64,000 nt of DNA from Anaeromyxobacteraceae bacterium (GTDB lineage: Bacteria; Myxococcota; Myxococcia; Myxococcales; Anaeromyxobacteraceae): positions 39,647 to 103,646 of the forward strand of contig DASTGH010000394.1 of the NCBI GenBank assembly GCA_035719345.1. Reading direction: 5' to 3'. The translations under genes and the position numbers were made by a program. Positions 9,440 to 19,090 of the stretch are shown here, piece after piece (positions within the stretch are counted from its first letter, which is position 1; every line of letters starts with the position of its first letter). The notes beneath the pieces are model-generated. The model was not told the DNA's origin. It was given only the letters and a program-made list of their open reading frames with translations, and did not search any database.

Positions 9440-10213
9440 CTGGTCGAGTGCTCCACGATCGCGCTCGTCAGCTCGGCGGGGATCGCGCTGAACGGCGACG
9501 TGCCGTTCGACCAGGAAGGAGAGCGGAAGAACCCGTGGTGGGGTGACCCAAGCTTCCGGGTCGTTCCGCACGGCACGAAGGCCGCGGAGGTCCGCCTGTA
9601 CCACATGCACATCGACCCGCGGTTCGGAGAGGAGGACCTCGACGTTGTCCTCCCGGCGCAGCGACTCGAGGAACTCGCCCCCGACGGGGTCGTCGGCGGC
9701 GTGGCGCGCTCGCACTACTCGATCATGGGGTACATCCTCCGGCCCCGGGAGCTCGAGGAGGTCACGGCGCCGGCCATCGCCTCGCGGATGAAGGAGGAGG
9801 GTGTCGATGTGGCAGTCCTCGTCCCGAGTTGACCCTTCCGCTGCCGGTCCGTGGGACTGGTACAGCGGGTGCTCGAGGCAAGGGGCATCGCGACGGTTTC
9901 GCTCTCGATGATCCCAACCTTCACGGCTGCGGTCGGCGTTCCTCGGCTGGCCGCCATCGCACACCCGATGTCCCGCCCGATGGGGCGTCCGCACGATGAC
10001 GAGGGCCAGCGCGCGGTGCTGCGCGCAGCGCTCGAGGTGCTGGAGACGGCGAGCGCGCCAGGAACCGTGGTGGAGCTGCCGTTCACCTGGCCCGAGTCGC
10101 CAGCGAAGGCGCGAAAGGGGGCCGACGTGAACCCGCCCATCTCGCAGCTGCTCGTCCGCAAGCCGTGGCTGATCCCGAGGCTCCTCTCCGGAGACATCCC
10201 GGATGAGACCTGA
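9440..10213 (+). CDS. PrdB/GrdB-like (proline/glycine reductase selenoprotein B family) protein with in-frame TGA (Sec) at 9830-9832; 5' truncated
   Basis: 'IALVSSAG...PFD...GDPSFRVV...DLDVVLP..RL.EL..DGVVG...HYSIMGY...DVAVLVPS-U-PFRCRSVGLVQRVLEARGIATVS'. ORFs 9500-9832 and 9851-10213 are in the same frame. Confidence 0.8.
9838..9868 (+). promoter_or_regulatory. Bacterial SECIS-like hairpin
   Basis: CCGCUG-CCGGUCC-GUG-GGACUGG-ua-CAGCGG starts 5 nt after the UGA; the apical loop begins with G-U 18 nt after the UGA. Confidence 0.7.
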
Positions 10214-10296
10214 TGCTCGGCTCGGCCCTCGGCAGTTCCGGGCGCGCATCGGCCCCACCGCCATCCGCGTCGGTGTTCGCCTGCTTCGCTGGGTGA

Positions 10297-11424
10297 TCAG
10301 ATCCTCGTGCTCCCCTGTGCCTGAAACGGGCGTGCATCGATCGGCAAGTCGATCGTGAACGTGGTCCCCGTTTCGGCCAGGCTGTCCACATCGACGGTGC
10401 CGCCGTGCGCCTCGGCGACCGCTTTCACCAGGGCGAGACCGAGTCCCCACCCCCGTACGTTGCTCCGATCACTGCTAGGTGCCCTGCGATACATGTCGAA
10501 GAGCGTCTCGCGGTCCTCCGGCGAAATGACGGAACCCTCATTGTGGACGTTCAGTATCGCGCGGTCGTGAGCTCGCCTGACGGAGACCGTGACGGGGCGG
10601 ATGGGATCGCCGTACTTCATGGCGTTTGAAACCAGGTTCTCCACTGCACGGCTGAGCGCGTCGCAGTTCCACTGACCCGTGACCTGTTCTGGCGACCTGA
10701 GAACGAAGCGGTCGCCGTGCGCGAGCCTCTGCGCGTCGAGGACGTTCCGCACGACGGCGACCGCGTCGCATGGCGCGAGCTCGAGGGTGAGGCGGGATCC
10801 CGTCCCGGCGCGACTCACATCCAGGAGCGTGCGGATCATCTTGTCCATGCGGTCGATGTTGTCGTCGACGCGCGCAGCCCACCTGGGGACCGAAGCGTCC
10901 TCGGGGCGGCGAAGAATCAACGAAGTGCCCGCCCGCGCAGCGCTCAATGGCCCCCGGAGATCGTGGGCGAGCGTCATGATGATTCGCTCGCGGACAGCAT
11001 GCGCGGCCGAGACGAATGCATCGCAGGCCTCGCGCACGGCGGCGTCGATGGATGTGACGACGCCCGCCTTCACTGCATCGCTGCACGACCCTCCGTCTTT
11101 CAGCACTTGCAGGAGGACGTCTCTCAGGAGCTGGTACTCGCGTATCACGTCGCTCAGGCCGTAGCCGGTCACTCGCACACGCTCGCTGCCATGTTGCTGA
11201 GCGATCGTCGTACCTTCCGCCGCGGTGGAACGCGGATGACGAGGAGACAGTGCTTCGGCCAGCCTGCGAAGAAAGGCCGGGATCGTGTCCACGATGACTG
11301 CGCGCGACTCGCGCCTCGCCGCCGAAACGTGCGCACGGACCTCACGCTCCCAGCGCGCGATGATCTCGTCCTGCCGAGCGATGAGGATCTCTGCAGCACG
11401 AAAGCTCTCGTGATCGCGCCTCAT
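10297..11424 (-). CDS. Sensor histidine kinase (RsbRD-N-like + HisKA + HATPase)
   Basis: H-box 'TLAHDLRGPL', N-box 'ENLVSNAMKYG', G-box 'GWGLGLALVKAVAEAHGG'. Confidence 0.92.
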   Translation of the reverse strand: MRRDHESFRAAEILIARQDEIIARWEREVRAHVSAARRESRAVIVDTIPAFLRRLAEALSPRHPRSTAAEGTTIAQQHGSERVRVTGYGLSDVIREYQLLRDVLLQVLKDGGSCSDAVKAGVVTSIDAAVREACDAFVSAAHAVRERIIMTLAHDLRGPLSAARAGTSLILRRPEDASVPRWAARVDDNIDRMDKMIRTLLDVSRAGTGSRLTLELAPCDAVAVVRNVLDAQRLAHGDRFVLRSPEQVTGQWNCDALSRAVENLVSNAMKYGDPIRPVTVSVRRAHDRAILNVHNEGSVISPEDRETLFDMYRRAPSSDRSNVRGWGLGLALVKAVAEAHGGTVDVDSLAETGTTFTIDLPIDARPFQAQGSTRI

Positions 11425-11835
11425 GGGAGAACGATGAATCCGACGCGGGAGGCGTGCAGCCGCTGAGCGTGCCCTCAGAGTTCCTGGGACGATCCATTCG
11501 CCAGGAGGGTCGGCTCGGCTGGTAACGCTTGGTCGGTTACCGTCAGCGGTGCACGGACGGCAGCGGGAAAGGACTGGACCTGTTGCGTCCAGCGGCGCTG
11601 TCCCCTGGACCTATGAGCGCGTGCCAAGGTGCCGAGGCGACAGGCTGCCTTTCACCCCTCGTCCAAGAGAACGGAACGAGCTTGGTCCCGTGAAGTAACC
11701 GTACGGGCACTCGACCACTCAATGGCCGTTGGCGTTTCTGGAGGAACCATCCACGATGAGCATCTGGTGGATATCTCCGGAAGGGTCCAGGCGACGGTCC
11801 AGGCGAACACGGCGAACATGCCTCATGCTCACAGT

Positions 11836-12246
11836 ATGAGTTCGGCGCACTGCGAACGCGTCCTGATAGTGAATCATGACGCCCACTTCTTGAAGGTGAT
11901 CGCATTTTCGCTTTCATTGCACGGGATTGATGTGGCAACCGCGACGACAGCGGAATCGGCGTTCAGCATCATAGCGGCCGGGTTCGCCCCGAGCGCCATC
12001 ATCGTGGACCTCAGGCTATCCGGAACCAAGCAAGGCGAGGACCTCATCTGCGAGCTCCGCGCTTTCCCCCAAACGATGCGTGTCCCGCTGCTCGCCGTCT
12101 CGGATTCTCCTCAACACCTGCAGAAGATCGGAACGATGGGCGTCATCGACAGAGCCCTCTCGAAGCCGTTCACGCTTGGCGACCTGGATCTGGTGCTCCA
12201 CGATTTGTGTGGGGGGCCGCCTCATCCCTTCCCGCGACTCATCTGA
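11836..12246 (+). CDS. Single-domain response regulator (atypical acidic pocket)
   Basis: 'RVLIVNHD...IIVDLRL...GEDL...VPLLAVS...LSKPFTL'. Start chosen by domain fit. Confidence 0.75.
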   Translation: MSSAHCERVLIVNHDAHFLKVIAFSLSLHGIDVATATTAESAFSIIAAGFAPSAIIVDLRLSGTKQGEDLICELRAFPQTMRVPLLAVSDSPQHLQKIGTMGVIDRALSKPFTLGDLDLVLHDLCGGPPHPFPRLI

Positions 12247-12254
12247 CGGCCCAC

Positions 12255-12345
12255 TGGGCTTGATCCGGCTCGGCAGACATGTTCACTGGGCGACTAACTT
12301 CACCGCACTCGCCTGTGGGCTTGATCGGTCGGGTTCGGTGGACAG
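12255..12345 (-). mobile_element. Two tandem IS3-like right-end scars
   Basis: TGGGCTTGATCCGGCTCGGCAGACA at 12255 is identical to 6143-6167; a related TGGGCTTGATCGGTCGGGTTCGGTGGACA starts at 12316. Confidence 0.7.
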
Positions 12346-12447
12346 GTCGGTCACGCCGCTGAGTGCTCCGCGCGTGCTGCCCTCTGAACTCAGCGCGGCA
12401 GCCATAACCTGTTCTGACCTGCTCACCATGGGTGTCGAAGCACCCAG

Positions 12448-12501
12448 GATTGCCGGGGCGCGCGACGCACGTTCTCTGAAAGTTTCGTGTTCGTCGCGTA
12501 G
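12448..12501 (+). repeat. Relic att core + attP-side arm
   Basis: GATTGCCGGGGCGCGCGACGCACGTTCTCTGAAAGTTTCGTGTTCGTCGCGTAG (DCRGARRTFSESFVFVA*) is homologous to 1960-2013 (GCGGARRTLSESFEFSA*). Confidence 0.75.
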
Positions 12502-12637
12502 CCCTCTCGGTCATGCCACGCCCGAGCTCGAGCCGACGTGCCTGCAGGCCACAAGAGCCACTACCGAGAACGAGAGCCAGGGTGCGGTGATCGCGATTCG
12601 TGGGGAGTAGATCCGGTACCGGCACGTGTCGCACGCG

Positions 12638-14101
12638 TCATCGCCTCGCGAGCTCGTAGAGGAAATCCACGAACGAGCGGACGGCGTCGTCGTAGCCGCG
12701 CAGCTTCGGGTTCGTCGGCTCGATGACGTAGTATTCGTCGGGCGCGTGCGCGCCGCTGCCGTGGCCGAGGCCGAAATGGCCCGCGGCGAGGCGGAGGGGC
12801 GCGCTGGTGAAAACCCAGCCAGGATACGAGCCCGGCGTTCGCGGCCATAGCACGGGGTCGATGCCCTCGCCGCGGTAGGTGGCGATCAGCGCCTGGATGA
12901 ACGCCGCGTCTGCGGGGGTCTCGGTGGGGTCATACCCGCCGCTCGGCAGCACCTCGATGTCGCCGAAGCCGCGCTTCGCGAGGTGCGCCCGGATGGCCGC
13001 AAGCGCGCCGTCGTAGGTCATGTCCGGTACGAGGCGCAGGTCGAGTTTGGCGACCGCGCGGTGCGGGAGCACCGTCTTCCCACCCGGGCCCGTGTGGCCG
13101 CTGACGAGACCTTCGATGTTGACGGTCGGCCGTGACACGAGCGCTGCAAGGGAGTCCCGCCAGCTCGCGTCGTGGGCCCAACGCCGGACCGAGAGCTGCG
13201 CCTTCGCGGCCGCCTCGCTCATCCGTCCAGCGGCCACGTCGATCATCCCCGCCTCGGCCGCGGGGAGCGGCCTCGCTCGGTCGGCGAACCCGTCGATGGA
13301 TGGATCGCCATCGGGCGTGACCAGCGTCGCCAGCGCCTGCACGAGGTGGAACGCTGGGCTGTCGAGGCGCGCCCGGTTGCCGGAGTGGACGTCCTTGGCC
13401 GGGCCTCGTCCCCACTTTTCACCGCTCGACACGAGCTCGAGCTCGATGATCCCCTTCGCGCCGAGAGCGACCAGCACCTCGCCGTCCGGAGCCTGGGCCG
13501 CCGACGGCATGAACACGCCGATGGTCTTCGCCAGCGCGGCCTGCACGTCCGGCCGGCGCACCACCTGCACGAAGTGGGGCGATCCGATCTCCTCCTCGCC
13601 CTCGGCGACGAGCACGAGGTTCACGGGCGGCTTGCGGCCCGCGTTGCGGATTGCGTGCAGTGCCGCGAGGAAGGCGGCCTCCGGGCCCTTCTGGTTCACC
13701 GCGCCGCGGCCGATCATCACCTTCCCGAAGCCGGGCTTCTCGACGATGCGCGCCTCGAGCGGCGGCGAGCTCCACTCCGCCGGGTCGAACTGCTTCACGT
13801 CGTACATGAAGTAGAGGCCCACTGACCGCGCAGCGCCGGCGTCCAGCGTTGCGAACACGCCCGGCTTCCCGTCCGTCGAGACGCGCTCGGCGCGCTGGAA
13901 GCCGGCGTCACGAAGTAGCGCTATCATCGCCTCGGCACCCTGCTCGGCATTGAGGTCCTCGGCAGCGATGCTGGGCAGCGCGATCCACCGCTGGAGGCGG
14001 CGCACGGCCTCGTCGTGGCGGGCGACGATCTGCGCGTGGACGGGCGCGAGGTCCGCCCCCGGCGCGGCGACGAGGATCACGGCGAGCGCGAGAGCGGTCA
14101 T
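12638..14101 (-). CDS. M20/M25/M40 family metallopeptidase, exported
   Basis: Signal peptide; 'GRGAVNQKG', 'EGEEEIGSP', 'AHAPDEY'. Confidence 0.9.
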   Translation of the reverse strand: MTALALAVILVAAPGADLAPVHAQIVARHDEAVRRLQRWIALPSIAAEDLNAEQGAEAMIALLRDAGFQRAERVSTDGKPGVFATLDAGAARSVGLYFMYDVKQFDPAEWSSPPLEARIVEKPGFGKVMIGRGAVNQKGPEAAFLAALHAIRNAGRKPPVNLVLVAEGEEEIGSPHFVQVVRRPDVQAALAKTIGVFMPSAAQAPDGEVLVALGAKGIIELELVSSGEKWGRGPAKDVHSGNRARLDSPAFHLVQALATLVTPDGDPSIDGFADRARPLPAAEAGMIDVAAGRMSEAAAKAQLSVRRWAHDASWRDSLAALVSRPTVNIEGLVSGHTGPGGKTVLPHRAVAKLDLRLVPDMTYDGALAAIRAHLAKRGFGDIEVLPSGGYDPTETPADAAFIQALIATYRGEGIDPVLWPRTPGSYPGWVFTSAPLRLAAGHFGLGHGSGAHAPDEYYVIEPTNPKLRGYDDAVRSFVDFLYELARR

Positions 14102-14128
14102 GGCCTGCCTCGGTGGGCTTGCGCCCCG

Positions 14129-16198
14129 TCAGTTCCCCGCCGCGACCGGCGTGGCGCCGAGGTGCTCCGCGAGCCAGTCGCGTACGGTCGCGTACCAGTG
14201 GAGCGAGTTCTGCGGCTTCAAGATCCAGTGATTCTCGTTCGGGTAATACACGAGCCGGCTCCTGACGCCCCGGTTCTGCAGGACGTGGAAGAGCAGGAAC
14301 GCCTGCGCTTCGGGGACGCGTGCGTCCAGGCCGCCCGCCGTGACGAGCGTCGGCGCCTTGAACGCGGGCGCGCCCCAGATCGGCGAGATCTTCTTGGAGA
14401 GCGCCTCGTCCTCCCAGAACTCGGGGATGTCCTTGTGCTCTGCCGAGAACACGTCGGACGCGTACAGCGCGACCCTGTCGTACACGCCGGCGTGGACGAC
14501 GATCGTCTTGAAGGGATGCTCGCGGCCGAGCACGGTCGCGCCGAGGTAGCCGCCGTAGCTGCCACCCGCCGCCGCCATGCGCCGGGCGTCGACCCAGGGC
14601 TGGGCCGCGAACCAGCGCGCTGCGGCGATGGTGTCCTCGTAAGGGAGCGTCGTCCAGTCCGGCTCGATGCTGTCGGTGAAGGCTTGCCCGAATCCAGGCG
14701 TGCCGTGGAACGCGTGCCAGGCAACGACGTAGCCCCATGACGCGAAGACCTGCGCGTTCCAGCGCCACTGCCACCCATCGCTCGGCGCGACATGAGGGCC
14801 GCCGTGCAGCAGCAGGACGAACGGATACTTCTTCGCGGTGTCGAACCCGGGTGGATAGACCACCCACGCCTGGATCTGCTCACCGCCGCCGCCCGGATAC
14901 CTGATCGACTCGTACCGCCCGGGGTCCACCGTCGCGAGCGCTGCGTCGTTGAAGCGCGAGAGCTTGCGCGCGTCGCCGCGCGCCGGGTCGAGCGCGACGA
15001 CCGTCGGGGGCTCGTCGTACGCCTGGCGCAAGGCGACGACCGTCCCCGCGCGCGCCGCCAGCGCCAGGTCCGAGAAGCTGCGCTCCTTGGTGACCTGCGC
15101 CAGCGCGCCGGACGCGGCGTCGATGCGGAAGACCACCTGACGCCCGGCATGGTCGACCGCCGCGAGCAGCGCCTTCCCGTCGGCCATCCAGGTCGCGCCG
15201 AACGCGACGGAGCTGTCCCAGGCTTCGGTGAGGATCCGCGTCTTCCCGCTCGAACGCTCGACGAGCGCGAGCCGCCTGCGATCGGACCACCAACGGGGCC
15301 GCGCCTGTCGCGCGTATGCGATCCAGCTCCCGTCCGGCGACCAGCGTGGCTTCGTGTCGCCGGCGGGGTTGTCGGCGGTGAGGTTCCTCGCGTCCCCGCC
15401 GTCGGCCGACACGACGTAGATGTCGAGGTTCCGTTCGACGCCAGTGCGATCGGACTCTCCCGTGAACGCGATCTCCTTCCCGTCTGGCGAGACGTCGTAG
15501 TCGCCGCGGTCAGGGTCGCCGCAGAGGGACATCGCGACCGCCACGCCCGACGTCGCCGTGACCGGGGTGGGCGGGCCGCCCTCCACCGGGACGGCGAAGA
15601 GGTGCGGCTCCCGCCCGTCCAGCGTGCGGTCCCAGCGGCGCGTCGGAGCGCGGTCGAACACGCGCGCGCTGACCTTCGACTCCTTCGCGCCCTTGTGGCG
15701 CCTGGCCTGGTCCTCCCAGCCCTTCCACCCGGGGTACGACCAGGCGATGAACGCGAGGCGCTTCGCGTCGGAAAACCAGCGCGGGGCGAAGGCGCCGCCG
15801 GGCACGGTCGTCACCCGGCGCGCCTCTCCGCCGTCGACGGCGATCACGTAGATCTGGCGGTCCTCGTCGTCTCCGCGCTTGCTGGCGAACGCGACCCAGC
15901 GGCCATCGGGACTGAAGACCGGCGCCGCGTCGGTCCCGCCGCGCACGGTGAGCTGGCGCGCCTCTCCGCCGGCGGTCGGCAGGAGCCACAGCTCGGACAG
16001 GGGTTTGTCGGCGCCGACGTCGTAGGTCGTCACCGCGGCCACCGCCCAGCGGCCGTCCGGTGCGATCGAGGGCGGGCCAACGCGCGCCAGGCTCCACATG
16101 CGCTCGGCCGTCAAGGGCTCCTTCGGACGCGCCGTCGCGAGGAAGCACAGCGAACCGAGGACGGCGCAGACGACGTGCCCAATGCTGCGACGCCGCAT
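14129..16198 (-). CDS. S9 family (dipeptidyl/acylaminoacyl) peptidase with PD40 beta-propeller
   Basis: GGAGG RBS + ATG 16198; SPDG repeats; 'LHGGPH', 'GGSYGG', 'DARVP', 'ENHWI'. Confidence 0.93.
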   Translation of the reverse strand: MRRRSIGHVVCAVLGSLCFLATARPKEPLTAERMWSLARVGPPSIAPDGRWAVAAVTTYDVGADKPLSELWLLPTAGGEARQLTVRGGTDAAPVFSPDGRWVAFASKRGDDEDRQIYVIAVDGGEARRVTTVPGGAFAPRWFSDAKRLAFIAWSYPGWKGWEDQARRHKGAKESKVSARVFDRAPTRRWDRTLDGREPHLFAVPVEGGPPTPVTATSGVAVAMSLCGDPDRGDYDVSPDGKEIAFTGESDRTGVERNLDIYVVSADGGDARNLTADNPAGDTKPRWSPDGSWIAYARQARPRWWSDRRRLALVERSSGKTRILTEAWDSSVAFGATWMADGKALLAAVDHAGRQVVFRIDAASGALAQVTKERSFSDLALAARAGTVVALRQAYDEPPTVVALDPARGDARKLSRFNDAALATVDPGRYESIRYPGGGGEQIQAWVVYPPGFDTAKKYPFVLLLHGGPHVAPSDGWQWRWNAQVFASWGYVVAWHAFHGTPGFGQAFTDSIEPDWTTLPYEDTIAAARWFAAQPWVDARRMAAAGGSYGGYLGATVLGREHPFKTIVVHAGVYDRVALYASDVFSAEHKDIPEFWEDEALSKKISPIWGAPAFKAPTLVTAGGLDARVPEAQAFLLFHVLQNRGVRSRLVYYPNENHWILKPQNSLHWYATVRDWLAEHLGATPVAAGN

Positions 16199-16401
16199 GG
16201 TGGCCTCCAGGTCGTATCGAGAGTTGAACCTGAGCACGGTCGCTGTCGCGTGGCCAGGCCCGGCGGGGCGAACCCTGCCGGCACGCGAGGAATGACGTGA
16301 CGCGCGTCCGAGTGATGCGAAATGACCAGGGCAGCGCCTCGAAACGCAGCCATGGAAGGGCGAAGCCGAACTGGCTCCACGCAGAACGCGAAAGGCAAGA
16401 C

Positions 16402-17865
16402 ATGAGACCATCGCTCATCGCGTCCGCGCTCGTCGGCACGGCGATCGTCGGCGGATGCGCTGGAAGCGCGCAGAACCTACCGGGCCCATCCGAGCTCCAT
16501 GACATCGTGATCGCCAGCGGTCGCGTGATGGATCCCGAGTCGGGGCTGGATGCGGTGCGCAACGTCGGGATCCGCGGAGGGCAGATCAGCGCCGTGTCCG
16601 AGGCACCGCTCAGGGCCAAGCAGATCTTCGACGCGAGCGGGCTCGTAGTCGCCCCCGGATTCATCGACCTGCACGTCCACTGGGTCGATGCGGAGAACGA
16701 TGCGTACCGTGCGGCCGATGGTGTCACGACTGCACTCGAGCTCGAGGTCGGCACCGACGACGTCGACCGCTGGTACTCGGCGCGGGAAGGAAAGGCACTC
16801 ATCAACTACGGGGTATCGATCGGTCACATCCCCGCTCGGATGGCCGTGATGCACGACGCGGGCGCGCTCCTGCCGAGCGGGGACGCGGCGCACCGTGCCG
16901 CGACAGCCGACGAACTCGCCCAGATCGAGGCCCTCGTGGAACGCGGCCTCCGTCGCGGCGCGGTCGCCGTTGGATTGGGCCCCGCCTACACGCTCGGAGC
17001 CACGCAGTGGGAGATCGTGGAGATCTTCCGCATCGCCGCTCGCCATCGGGCATCTTGTCACGTCCACATCCGCAGCCCGGCACCGGCGCTCCCCGGCGAC
17101 ATGAGCGGGTTCTTCGAGGCGCTCGCGGCGGCGTCACTCACTGGCGCGCCGCTGCACCTGGCCCATATCCACAGCACGGGCGGCACGGAGGTCGAGCGCG
17201 AGCTTCAGCTCATCGCGGAAGCGCGTGCACGCGGGCTGGACGTCACGACGGAGGTGTATCCGTACGACCGCGGCGCGACCCGGATCGAGTCGGCGCTGTT
17301 CGATCACCGAGAGAATGAGCCGGACGACTGGTACGCGTCGCTTCTTTGGCCAGCGACGGGCGAGCGCCTGACGCGCGAGTCCTTCCTCCGATACCGAAAG
17401 CAGGGTGGGCGCGTCATACTTCCCGTCAGCACCGAGGAGCACGTGCGTAACGCGGTCGTGAGTCCATTGACCGCCATCGCCAGCGATGGGGGGCTCACGG
17501 AGGGGAAGGGCCATCCGCGAACCGCCGGGACCTTCGCGCGCGTGCTCGGGCGCTATGTTCGCGAGGAGAAGGCGCTCTCGCTCATGGAGGCGCTCCGGAA
17601 GATGACGTTTCTCCCCGCGCAGCGCCTCGAGCAGCGGGCGCCCGCGTTCAGACTGAAGGGACGCCTGCGCGTGGGCGCGGACGCCGACGTCACGGTGTTC
17701 AACGCACAGGCCGTCCTCGATCGCGCGACTTACGAGCATCCCTCACTCGCTTCAAGCGGGATTCGCTTCGTGTTCGTTTCGGGTGTCGCTGTCGTTGACG
17801 ATGGTAGCGTCGTGACGCGCAGTTTTCCGGGTCGTCCGGTACGTGCTCCCCTCGAGTCACCGTAG
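16402..17865 (+). CDS. Amidohydrolase (N-acyl-D-amino-acid/D-glutamate deacylase-like), lipoprotein signal
   Basis: 'APGFIDLHVH', 'DGVTTALELEVG', 'IASDG', 'HPRTAGTFARVLG', 'GADADVTVF'. Confidence 0.9.
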   Translation: MRPSLIASALVGTAIVGGCAGSAQNLPGPSELHDIVIASGRVMDPESGLDAVRNVGIRGGQISAVSEAPLRAKQIFDASGLVVAPGFIDLHVHWVDAENDAYRAADGVTTALELEVGTDDVDRWYSAREGKALINYGVSIGHIPARMAVMHDAGALLPSGDAAHRAATADELAQIEALVERGLRRGAVAVGLGPAYTLGATQWEIVEIFRIAARHRASCHVHIRSPAPALPGDMSGFFEALAAASLTGAPLHLAHIHSTGGTEVERELQLIAEARARGLDVTTEVYPYDRGATRIESALFDHRENEPDDWYASLLWPATGERLTRESFLRYRKQGGRVILPVSTEEHVRNAVVSPLTAIASDGGLTEGKGHPRTAGTFARVLGRYVREEKALSLMEALRKMTFLPAQRLEQRAPAFRLKGRLRVGADADVTVFNAQAVLDRATYEHPSLASSGIRFVFVSGVAVVDDGSVVTRSFPGRPVRAPLESP

Positions 17866-18075
17866 TCTCGGGCCCGATCGCCCCTCCGACGGCCCCTCGC
17901 ACCACACGCGTTCCAACGGGCCGGTGACTGTGGCATCGACGGGCTCGTGGAGGCATGGCAGCGCACCGCTCCCCTGCGCCCGGTTGGGAACGTGGCTGAT
18001 CGGCGGCGAGACGGGGCCCGTGCGAGCGGTCCACCCAGAACACGTCTGGTTGGAGGTCCGCGCCGATGGGATTAC

Positions 18076-18188
18076 GTCGTGCGCCGGCCCGACGGCGACG
18101 GCTACGAGGCCGAGGTGGTGCTCAGAAACACGACGGCCGCCCTGGTGGGCGGCCGGTCGGTGCCGCGCGGTAGCAGATGGCCTTGGTT
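18076..18188 (+). repeat. Relic recombinase C-terminal tail ending at the att core
   Basis: Encodes PDGDGYEAEVVLRNTTAALVGGRSVP. Near-identical to 1880-1963 and similar to TPDGYSVRVSLKKTNPAALFSEDGRV at the tRNA end; breaks off at TGGTT. Confidence 0.75.
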
Positions 18189-18255
18189 CGATCGACGCGA
18201 CCGCACGCCGGGACGGGCACGATTTGGTCACAGTTCGGATCGGCCCCGCCACGCC

Positions 18256-18936
18256 CTACCGATAGCCGCGCAGCAGGCGGTTCACGGCGTTCACATCAAA
18301 GGCGTCCGGGTCGAAGTGCCCCCCGACCCAGGTGAGGATCTGGTCGTGCTCCTCGTGGTCCGGGTCCGCGAGCGCTTTGAGGAACTCGCCGTAGCTGTAC
18401 GGCCCTCCGCAGTCCTCGGGCGGGCACGCGCGCGCCCCCGCAACGCACAGCGGGTACGAGAGCCGGTGGTCCGGGCTGGTCACGTCCTCGACCTCTACCA
18501 CGTGCTCCCAGTCGTCACCGTAATCGTACCGGTACACGAACTTCGCGCCCTTTTCGCCAAGAACGCTCGAGGCCCGCACCCGGCGCTCGTCCTCGAGCTC
18601 GGGGCTGTCTTCCTCGACCCCGACCATCCCGATGCGCCTGCCCACGACCTCGAAGCAGTGCAGGTGCGAGTTCGTCCAGCCCATCGCGTCCTGCAACGCG
18701 CGGTGCAGCTTCGCGAGCGTGAAACCGGCGGGCACGAGCAGGCGACGCCACACCTGAGGTTCGATATCGGCCAGCGTTACCTTGAGTCGCAGGATCGCAT
18801 CCGCGGCGGTTCGCGCCGCGTACGGATTCCTGCGCACGCGCGCGCACGAGAAATCGACCTCGGGGATCTCGCGGAGCGACGCGGACGATGGCTCCCGCGC
18901 CTTCCGGTTCCCGGTCCTGCTCGTTTTCTTCTTCAC
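18256..18936 (-). CDS. Plasmid pRiA4b ORF-3 family protein with antitoxin-like N-terminal extension
   Basis: GGAGG RBS + GTG; 'LKVTL....VWRRLLVP..FTL..LH..LQDAMGW..SHLH.F', 'YRYDYGDDWEH', 'ACPPEDCGG'. Confidence 0.88.
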   Translation of the reverse strand: MKKKTSRTGNRKAREPSSASLREIPEVDFSCARVRRNPYAARTAADAILRLKVTLADIEPQVWRRLLVPAGFTLAKLHRALQDAMGWTNSHLHCFEVVGRRIGMVGVEEDSPELEDERRVRASSVLGEKGAKFVYRYDYGDDWEHVVEVEDVTSPDHRLSYPLCVAGARACPPEDCGGPYSYGEFLKALADPDHEEHDQILTWVGGHFDPDAFDVNAVNRLLRGYR

Positions 18937-19090
18937 ATCGCCTCCGATCGCACGTCCGGGCCACGGTGCCGGCCGGCCGTTCGTTCGCGATTTGCGAGCT
19001 TCCAAAGCTACACGAGCCCGTTCACCCGGGCCCACCGGACGAACTCTCCAGCGCCGAACGGAAACCGTCCCCCTGCGCGCAGGAGTTCGT

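Noticed and set aside
11783-11818. Short tandem GGTCCAGGCGA repeat upstream of the receiver gene
   Set aside because: Only two copies; could be an operator but nothing else supports it.
1880-18188. Dispersed repeats as a CRISPR array or integron attC sites
   Set aside because: Spacing is kilobases and irregular, with no cas genes or tyrosine integron integrase. The repeats are explained as recombinase tails/att arms and IS ends.
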